Source: Paraspadella gotoi
Taxonomy: Eukaryota; Animalia; Chaetognatha
DNA: 64,000 nucleotides
Assembly: GCA_051294375.1 (NCBI GenBank)
Contig: CM119265.1
Span: forward strand, 18,958,631-19,022,630
Reading direction: 5' to 3'
Part shown: piece after piece, positions 44,801 to 54,402 of the stretch
How positions within the stretch are numbered: the first letter of the stretch is position 1
Layout of the letters: each line of letters opens with the position of its first letter
Made by a program: the position numbers and the translations under genes
Notes under the pieces: generated by a model
What the model saw: only the letters and a program-made list of their open reading frames with translations
What the model was told of the DNA's origin: nothing
Database searches by the model: none

Positions 44801-45948
44801 AGAGAGTAGATGAGAGAGAGAAGAGAGAGAGTGGTAGAGAGAGATGAGAGTGTGAAGAGAGAGGTAGAAGAGTTGTAAGAGAGTGAAGAGAGGAAGTGTA
44901 GAGAGAGAGTGTAAGAGAGTAGAGAGAGTGTAGAGAGAGAGAGTGAGAGAGAGGAGAGAGCGTGTGAGAGATGAGAGAGAGTGAAGTAGAGAGGAGTTAG
45001 AGAGAGAGAGTGTATAGTGAGAGAGTTAGAGAGAGAGAGAGGTAAGAGAGAAAGAGAGAGATGAGTGTAAGAGAGAGAGAGTGTAAGAGAGAGGAGAGAG
45101 TGTGTAAGAGAGAGAGAGAGAGTGTAAGAGAGAGTGTAGGAGAGTGGTAAGAAGAGTGTGAGAGTGAAGAGATGAGTGGAGAGTGTAAGAGAGAGTGTGA
45201 GAGTGTAAGAGAGAGAAGAGTGGTAAAGAGAGACGGAGAGTGTGTAGGAGAGAGTGTAGAGAGAGAGAGTGTAAGAGAGAGAGAGAGTGTAAGAGAGAGA
45301 GAGTGTAAGAGGAGAGAGTAGTGAGTGTAAGAGAGAGTGTAAGGAGAGAGTGTAAGAGAGAGTGTAGAGAGAGAGTGTGAGAGGTGTGTAGAGAGAGAGT
45401 GGTAAGAGAGAGAGAGAGAGTGTAAGGGTCGATAGGTATGAGAGAGAGTGTAAGAGAGAGTGTGAGAGAGAGAGAGTGTAAGAGAGAGGAGAGGTGGTGA
45501 GAGAGAAGAGAGAGAGAGAGAGAGTGTAAGAGAGAGAGTAGAGAGATGTAAGAAGAGAGAGTGTAAGAAGAGAAGAGAGTGTGAGGAGAGTGTAAGAGAG
45601 AGTGTAAGAGAGAGAGAGACTGTGAGAGAGAGATGTAGAGAGAGAGTGAAGAGAGTAGTGAGAGTAAGAGAGTGTAAGAGAGAGAGATGTGAGAGAGTGT
45701 AAAGAGGGATGATAAGAGAGAGAGTGTAAGTAGAGAGTGGGAGAGAGAGAAGTGGTAAGAGAAGAGTGTAAAGAGAAGAGAGTGTAGAGTAGGTGTAAAG
45801 AGAGGGTGTGGGGTGTGAGAAGGGGGTGTAGAGAGAGTGTAAGGAGGAGAGAGAGAGAGTGTAGGAAGAGAGCAGTGATAAGAGAGAGTGGAGAGAGAGT
45901 GTAAGAGAGAGAGAGAGAGTGTAAGAGAGAGAGAGTGTAAGAGAGAGA
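38878..45948 (-). repeat. Same (CT)n-TTACA satellite in the opposite orientation (GAGAGTGTAA on +), about 7 kb
   Basis: Reverse complement of the previous array. It starts right after a 100-N gap and is noisier. Confidence 0.97.
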
Positions 45949-46919
45949 TAATCATACTTTTTTTTGTTTTTCGGTGTAATGCTACATTATTTAACATTAT
46001 AATTTAGCTATAAAAGATATAAAGAAGAATAATTGCTTTTTAATAGAGTCAGCACGAACCTTTGGAATGATACGTTTTTTTAAAAAATACCGTCTTCGAT
46101 ACAAATGTTTTGACCAATTATTATTAATTTTGCAAAACATCTTGATCATTTGAGTGAAAAAAGGTCACGATACAATCATGGTGCGATTATGATGCGATCA
46201 CATTCGGCCTCGAAGGAATCATGGGGATTTTTTTTCTCGCCGAGATAGTGAACCCTGGGGAAACTAAAAGGAAAGGAATGATGTGAGAGAAAAGCCTCCG
46301 GATCAACGGAGCGCGTGAATTATGAATGAGGGAGTCGCAATGATTGGCCAGAAGAGAGGGAAGTGATTGATATCAGTTGGAAGCAATGATTGGAGGGTGT
46401 TAGGGCCAATGATTGACGAGAAAGGATTACAATCACTAAGGAAAAATTATTGACGACAGTCAGGCGCATTGAATGGTCAAGAGGGATTACGATCATCGGT
46501 GAATTTGGCAAAGAATAGGGAAGCGCGTGTTAACTGCTCCGTTAATTGTTCGTCTGTGGGAAAAAGAGATTTATGAATTATGATGATTGAGCGAAAAAAA
46601 TATAAAAAAAAAAAAACTCGGGGGGAAAGAACCGCGGTAGAAAGAGATTAGCGAATGTAATTTCCTCGTCAAAATCGGGAAAAGGTGGTGGGGGTTAATG
46701 TTGTTAGAAAGATGGGTAGATGGGGAGACGGGGTGTTGGTTATTTAACTGAAGGCAATCAACAGCAACGAGAAGCTTGGGAATGAGAAAAAAAAGAAGTC
46801 GGAAGACAATCAAGAAAGGAGGCGGAAATGTTAAAGGTCGTGAGGTCGTAACTCGTCAAGAAAGTCTAGCGAAGCGAAGATAACGAGGTGAGAGACTCGG
46901 AGAGAAAAAGAATTGCAAA

Positions 46920-47120
46920 GCACACTGACGCGAGTACATTTACGCGTACAGTGACGCGCACGTAATGGACGCACGCGCTTTGACGCGGCAAAATTTGACA
47001 CGGTCATTGCCCACTGGGCACTGGGCACTGGGCCCACGCGGCGATCGCCTCTGCTGTCCTCGTCAACTTGGGACATTCAATCACGCCTGAACATATCGGG
47101 TGCGTCATAAGACCAATCAG
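46920..47120. promoter_or_regulatory. CpG-rich promoter-like island with repeated TGACGC motifs and a CCAAT box
   Basis: TGACGCG three times, GCGTCA at about 47102, GACCAATCAG at 47111-47120 and (cactggg)x3. No associated CDS found. Confidence 0.35.
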
Positions 47121-48229
47121 CGAATTCAACGTGAAAAAAATAGTTCGCGAAAACTGTAGTCTCTCTCTCTCTGACCATTTATACTACTAAATACATGTCG
47201 CTTATCAATTATTAGGGTAACTTTAACTATTCGACGTCTGCAACCAACTTTAGCTACCACCGGTTGTGCTTTGTTTATCCATTTTATGTTTCAGGTAGAA
47301 AATGAATTGCTTATGTACGAGTTTTATAAAGAAACAATGTTTAAGTTGCCTCTGCTTTCAGACTTATTTTACAAATGGCGACGTTCGAGGTTTCAAAAGT
47401 TGTTTATTATTGAAGTTAAAAACAGATAAAAGCATTTCCAAGATCTTTGTAAACAATCCAATTAAAAAATAAAATTTCGGTTGAATGGTAAATAAACGGT
47501 CTTAAATCCGTTTCGACGTCGTAATCTTGGAGGCAACTGAAGAATTTACAAAATTCCAAATCAAATGTTATCTAAAATAACCCAGATTGCCTCGGCCAAC
47601 CCTTTTCCCCTCTTCTTCAATTATCCATCGTCGCGACTCCCGATCGCGAATTTGGGAAACTTGAACAAAGATATTTTCATTCCCAATCGTCGGACGTTGA
47701 GCCGTCTCCTCCTATGGCGACGCTCGCCACCGCCAATACACATAAATTTCGGACATGTTTCAGCTTTAATGTAAGCTTTCATCAGCGCAAAAACGAATTT
47801 CTCTCTTTCTCTCTCTCTCTCTCTCTTCAAATTTCAAAGTCTGTGAAAATATTTGTTTTACAAGGAAACAAGGAAAAGAAAGGAAAGGAATAACATTGTT
47901 ATATTTTTAAACGGTTAGCAATTGGGTTAAGGTTGGTTAGTTAAGGATTTATAATAAAAAGTTTTTTTACCCTTACCAGTATATTTTTCGATTTCTTTAC
48001 GTCGCTCATAAGAAGCGAAAAAAAAATGACCACAAAATCCCGGTCGACGAATGTAAAAATAAGCCAATTATTTTGTGTTTTTAATTGTTTTGACATATTT
48101 GCTTGTTACCTTATTGCATTTTTTTCTGTCAAATAATAATATAGATCTGAAATACACTTTTGCACATGATTACCTGATTAATTATATTTAACTACTACCG
48201 AGTATGGATCAAGAAAAGAAAATTGGTAT

Positions 48230-48256
48230 GTCACGTGACCTCTTTCAGCCAATCAG
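48230..48256 (+). promoter_or_regulatory. E-box (GTCACGTGAC; USF/MiT-type) plus CCAAT box composite
   Basis: GTCACGTGACctctttcaGCCAATCAG: a perfect 10-bp palindrome followed by an NF-Y consensus, about 1.1 kb upstream of the first Ly6 gene. Confidence 0.4.
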
Positions 48257-49339
48257 AATGCGAGAAAATTGTGATTTGAAAAGTTTCGTTATTTGGACAA
48301 AGAAATGTCTCCGTGTGTGATACTGAAAAATATTTCAAAATTTTTTTTAGGCAGATGAGAAGATTGTATCATGGGTCATTGAAATATATTGCGGAATCGT
48401 CCCTATTATAAATTTAAGTTAATTTTGGCCCGCCTTATTGCCCAGAGCCCGGGGATGCTTGGCCCGTGACACACAAAGCGTGCGGACTTTGTCGAATCAC
48501 GAAGGACGGGGGACGGAGCTTCTCAGCCTGAGGGCGTGGGCGTTCGACTGCGCTCAGAAAAGATCGATCTGCCAACGAGGAGTTTACGACCCTAATCGTT
48601 AGACGTCGTCGTCGTTGTCGTCGTCGTCGGTTATCCCGGTCGTCGCTTTAGCCGTCGTCGTTCTCTTGACGTTCTTTTTCCAGCCACGCTGCGGCGTCTT
48701 TGGGCGTCGTCTCCGTTGTCGAGTTAGAATGTCGTAAACGACGCTGAACCGATCGGTGTCGAAAATCGCGTCCATTTCCACCAATGAGCGGCCTTCGCCG
48801 GGGAAAAAACGACGTCGCGTGGAGCGATGACGTCATTTGAGGTTCAAGGACCGACGAGAGACGAAAATCGACTTACGTTCGACCAATCAGAGAGCGAGGA
48901 AGAGGTCGAAACGACGCCGCCGCCGGGCGCGATGACGTCACGAAGCACGGTTTCTCCCTCTCCCCCTTCTTTCCTGGATCGGTGTCTCAGTCTGTAATCG
49001 CTCTCTCTTTCTCTCTCTCTCTCTCGCGTTCTCTATCGTCGGTTTTGAGTCCTTGACGCTGTCGTTGTAGTCGAATATCAGGTTCCGGACATACGCACTG
49101 GTTTTCTCTCCCTTCCGCGGCATAATAAACAATCTCCTGTAATTAAGCAGCTATTTTTTTTATTTTACTAAAAAGAAATTACTAAAAAAAATTATTTAAG
49201 TTGTTTTTTTCGTTGAAAATTTAACAAAATATAAGTTTTTTAATAAATAAAAACAAAAGGTTTGTAAGTCATCAAATTCTCATTTTGTTCAAGGATACTT
49301 CAGTAAATTTTAAAATATGTTTTTTCTTCAATCAGCGCG

Positions 49340-49559
49340 ATGGACAACCGTTTACTTTTCGTAGTCTTTATTCTTCTTGGAATACAATCGGGTAGGTCAC
49401 GCCAAAAAAAATTTACGGACTCTTAGTCGAAAATAAACTGATTTGAAATTTTAAACTCTTTCTATGCAGTTTCGGTCCTTGGAATCAAATGTTTCGTTTG
49501 CAATTCGGGCGACGACGAAAATTGCTTGGGTAATTAAATAAGCTCTCTCTCTCTTCTCG

Positions 49560-49626
<67 letters not shown>

Positions 49627-51059
49627 CCCTCTCTCCTCTCTCCATTCGCAATAGTGGTTCTCAGAATCAACAACAATTCCCTCAGACCCGTTCGATAAGG
49701 CGACTGCGAAGGTGGAGAAGAAACTCAAGAACTGCGACGAGTACTCTAAGTTGGAAGACCTCAGGGACTCCAATGGAAAGCCCCTCAACTTCACTCACTG
49801 CCGGAAATTGGTCACCACAAGTAATATTTTTACTATTACTAACAGGCGGACTTTGGTTTGTGGTGGAGCTGTAGCCGAACATTGCGCCAAGTTCCCCCCG
49901 CTAATAAATATTACCCGGTGACTCATTGAGTAAACCAATCGACCCGTGACCGTGACGTACCGGGAGCGATCCCTATGGTACCTGCTACCTACTCTACGGG
50001 AAGCGTGAAGAAGACCCTATTACGCCGTTGGGGCCGATAAATCCCAGGACCCGCTCCATTGCTGGATAGTAATTATCAGCACACTTAAGAACTTTTGGCT
50101 ATTGATTCTTTGATAAGCAACGTGTTCAGCTCGCCGTAGTAAAACTACAAATCGATATTTCAACATTATTTTAAGGTTGTTCAGAAATTTTTTTTTTAAA
50201 AGCATCCTTGACAACATAATTAATAAATTAAAATTTATTTTCATACAACTCGGTTTATTGAAAATCTTTCGCTTCGCAAAAATTACTAAAATTTGAACGA
50301 TAATCTATATTTCTTGATGTCGTCGTGTACAAAGTTTCGATCTTTACATCAAACATCAATAAATTAACCAATCAAGCATGGATAGTGGCGTGGTGGCCAT
50401 ACATATTGCATACCACTTCACTAATCAGTAATCACTACCAATGCAATATAGGTATTATAGGCATTAAACTTTGCCCGACGAAATTGCGCAACGGTTTGAT
50501 TGGTGAATCTGCTGCGTCATGATTTAAAATGTCATTGAGAGAATTCGCTCACAAAGCAGAAAGACAACAATTTTGCGTTGGCTGTCGATATTCTGTTTCT
50601 CTTTCCAAAAAATAACCGATATTTATAAAATCATGTCCTTTTGTTTTCAGTCGATGACACCTTCCGAGTTTCTCGCAGTTGCGCCACGTTGAAGCCCGGA
50701 TCTAACAAAAGAGTTTACTCGGCCACGGATTACTATCAAAAAATGGACATAAGCTGCAAGGTGGGAAACTCCTCTTTTAAAACGTTACGCGTAAAAATTA
50801 ATGTAAGCATTGAAAAAAATAAAACGATATCGTGTTTAGAAAAAGTAGTAAAAATTACTATTTTTTTAGTTTTTTACGATCTTCAATTTTCCATTTTATG
50901 ATAGGATTTCGCGGTAGCTAGTCGTAATTAGGTTTATATTAAAATTAACAGGGCGACGAATGCAACGCAGCGACCACGACGACGGCGCCCGGAAAGGCGT
51001 TTAGTCTTCTCGCTTCCTTCATTATTTTTGTTTTGATTTTTAACGACGTCATGAACTAA
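49340..51059 (+). CDS. GPI-anchored Ly6/three-finger (quiver/sleepless-like) protein, 154 aa, 5 exons
   Basis: join(49340..49391,49470..49529,49686..49820,50651..50760,50952..51059) = 465 nt, phase-consistent. Signal peptide MDNRLLFVVFILLGIQSVSVLG; IKCFVCNS..NCLDPF; HCRK; RSCA; CKGDECN; hydrophobic C-terminal GPI signal. Confidence 0.9.
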
Positions 51060-52741
51060 ACGTCAGCGAAACAATTAAATAGAAAAAACCAAATAAAAAT
51101 TGGGTAAAAAACATCAGTGGGAAGTAAAGGTATCTATTATGCGATACCGCGGATGCGGCATTAAGCTAATTTTTTTTATCGCAACTAGACTTGCGAATTT
51201 AGCGGCTATTTCGTTAGTCATTTCCAGTGATTGCAGTATTTATCCCTGTTTTGAGAAGCGATTTTAGGGTGCTGTTTTTGCTATATAGAAATATAAATCG
51301 TTCTGTTTTTGTGTTTGTCTTTACAAAGTTGTTATACCTTATAAACTAATCATGGTGCCTGAAGATATTGTCTTGCTCAAATTGGCATTCAGTAACAACA
51401 AGAATACGGCTGTTTTGTTTTTTTTTTTATTTCTTTTTTTTTCTGATTGCGCTAAGTCCGCTAAGTTGATCAATTCCAACCAGATTCGAGATCTTGCCAT
51501 AACGTTATGTCAGATTTGAGAAAAAGATCAAATTAAATCAAGGAGCATATATATATTTATAAGGATTTATTTCTTTCGATAAATGATTTTGCGTTATCAC
51601 AATTGCGTATATTTGCCACTCGCTTACCTAAAAAAAAATTCTAATTAAACTAGACTTACTTAATCTTAAAGGTTCTCCGGCTAAATATCATGGCCTTTTG
51701 AAATCGTAGTCTTTTCCAACGTTGCGTATTTATAACTAAATTCACATCTAGGAACTAATGATCACCTAGCTGCTTGAGCGAGCACGAGTTAACGAAACAC
51801 GAATTATATTCTTCACTTTTTAAAGAATATTCTCGATATTTCGGGAAATAACTCTTCCAGCATTCCACACCGACAAACATTTTACGTCATTTTATAATTT
51901 TTGCACCGGAATTTTGGAAGAGAAATAGGAGGGAATATCGATGACGGTGATCTTCACGATCAAATTGGGGGGGGGGGCTGAGGGGGAAATCGTTTAAAAA
52001 ATGTTGAACAAATAACGTAACCTTTTTGTCGCTGATTCCAATCTGATTCCATTTTTTTTTCTTTAGTAATCAATTCCCGCGACGGTTTAACTGTTCTTGG
52101 CTCTTGTAAACCCTATCAGCTTTACTGTACGTGTAACAGAGGAATAAGAGTAGCTACAGAAAACCCCCATGTGTTTCACGTGTCTTGTAAACAAGAACAG
52201 GTTTGGTCCTATTGTATTCGGAAGTTTTACTTATACATGTTGCTTATCGAAGAATATCACGAAACATATCTAAAAATATACTTGGTTTTTTTTTTCTCTC
52301 TTGAAACTTGGCTACCGTCAAAGTGATTTCGAAAGTGAAAGTGAAAGCTAGAGCGAAAGACCGAGGTATTTTACCTCCGCAATTGGTCTAAATAATTATT
52401 ATTTGAAATTACGATTAAACAAGTCCCAAATCAATTCTTAATTCGAATCCCGGCGTCAGGATTCGACATTGGCCATCCTGTAGACAATCTCTTCAAAGAC
52501 GCCGATGCCATCGAGAAAAACTTTTTCCTCGATAAACTCGTCGTGGTCGTGCAAAAGGATCGGGGTTCGAGGCATGTAGGAAAATCCCAACGCGGGGTAT
52601 CCCTTTTCTCTGGAAAAACCAAAAGTCAAAGATTCGGAATGAAAATCAGAGAAATTCGTTGAGAGCGGAAATTGGAGTTGAGAGTTTTCGAAAATATTAG
52701 TATTGCTTGAGAGTCATCGTATATGCGGTATGAGTACATAC

Positions 52742-53481
52742 TATTGGTGATTAACATCGTTTTATGAGGAAAACGCATATTATTTTTTGTATTGGCGTTC
52801 GCGGTGGCCAACGCGGGCGTCGCCGTTGGGGGAGAACGGCTCGACGTCCGACGGCAGAGAATTACGACATCCGAGTCCCAAGTTTCCCGATTCGCGACCA
52901 AGAGTCGCGACGACGACGACGAAGAAGAAAGGGCAATATCTGGCTTATTTTTAATGTTTGAAACCTAGCAAAAGTCAGAGGCAGTTGCCTCGTAAAGTCG
53001 CGACGTCGAACGTTTTCACGTTGCTTTTAAGGTGTTGTTTTTAAAGTGTTTTTAACGTTTTTAAACTTTGAACTGTTTTTATACATCGTCGCCAATTATT
53101 TCAATATCAATAAACATTTTTAAAACATTGTTGAATTCTCGGTCGTCTCATAAAGTCAGAAAAATTAGAGGCAGCTCAAACATTTTTATTAGAGTAATAT
53201 ATTTCGGTTAACATCGCTTAGCCATAGTTCATTTGCGAAGTAAATGCGAAAAAAGATATTTTGGTTAAAAGAGAGAGAAAGGGAGAGAATAAGAGTGAAG
53301 AGGAAAAGAATCATGAGGTCAAAGTTAAGGACAAAGTATTTTTTACTTTTTTGTGACTGTTTTTCTCGCATTTACATCGCAAATTAACTATGGATATGGT
53401 TAAGCGATGTTAACTGAAATATATTTCTAAAATAAAAATAATATTCGTTTTCCTCATAAAACGATGTTAATCACCAAAATA
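52742..53481. mobile_element. MITE-like element with about 45-bp terminal inverted repeats and an internal palindrome, in the last ACY1 intron
   Basis: tattggtgattaacatcgttttatgaggaaaacgcatattattt (from 52742) is inverted at about 53436-53481. A second inverted pair lies at about 53189-53245 versus about 53360-53430 (atatttcggttaacatcgctta / taagcgatgttaactgaaatat). Confidence 0.65.
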
Positions 53482-53853
53482 TTAGTATAGATTTAGTTGA
53501 GGGTAAAGAATTAGGTTAGGGTCGGGGGTTAGGGCTTAGGGTTAGGGAAGGGGTTATTGGGTTTGTTGACAGATTATGATTAAAGGTTACAGTAAAATTA
53601 AATTTTAAGATCTGGGATTAAACCTAAGATAAGTCGAATCGGTTGCGGCGGGAAAGACTTCCGATTTAAAGAGAACGTTTTTCGCTTCTAACGCATCGGC
53701 AAAGGCGGACCACCATTTTGAATCCGGAGAAACGTCAGTCTTTTACTGGAGTAAAAAAAAAAGTTTTGGATTAGGATTAGGATTAGACGCTATTCAAGTC
53801 TGTGAAGAAACAGTAATTATTGTTATGTGTTAGTGACAGAACCGTTAAATGTA

Positions 53854-53929
53854 AGCAGTCCCTGAGCTTCGGATCAGGCTGTAACACCGTGTTACAGGCG
53901 GGTTAAGCGTCCCGTCCCTCTTAACTGCT
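53854..53929 (-). ncRNA. Twister ribozyme-like motif, circular permutation type P5, P1 nearly absent
   Basis: Minus strand: AGCAGUU aa GAGG GACGG G acgcu UAA CCC GC CUGUAACA cgg UGUUACAG CCUGA UCCG AAGC UCAGG GACUGCU. P5 7 bp, P3 8 bp, P4 5 bp, conserved UAA / GA / AAGC; pseudoknots GC:GC and CCG:CGG. Confidence 0.75.
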
Positions 53930-54300
53930 AGGCGGCCACCGGGCTAGAACCCGCTGATGAACGGTTGGTGGATTTTAGTCCACCATATCTGAGTATTTCC
54001 TACCTGATCCATGTGTTTAAAGAGGTACGTGGCCTTGATACCTGAGTAAAGAAGCTGCCGCTTATTATTTGAAACTGACTGATATCACAATAAATTCAAA
54101 CTTCATTATTCTCAGTCGCGCACCTTCGCCTGCGTCGACGATCCACTCGTTGATGCGCCGCTCGAGTTCCTCCAAGTCTTCGTGAGGCGAAACCCGGATG
54201 TCGAAGATCGCCACCAACTCGGCCGGGACGACGTTGACTTGAACTCCGCCTCGAATGAAGGGGAGAGGACAGATAGAGAGAAAGAGAAAGAAAGAAAGAT

Positions 54301-54331
<31 letters not shown>

Positions 54332-54362
54332 GAAAGGGAAAAAAGGAAAATAAGATGAATGA

Positions 54363-54402
<40 letters not shown>

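Noticed and set aside
37425-45997. Long ORFs (395 aa, 323 aa and others) rich in L/S/H/T or R/E
   Set aside because: Translations of the satellite that happen to lack stops.
53954-53990. CTGATGA (hammerhead core half) on the plus strand
   Set aside because: No GAAA follows the adjacent hairpin. The region is better explained by the minus-strand twister cassette.
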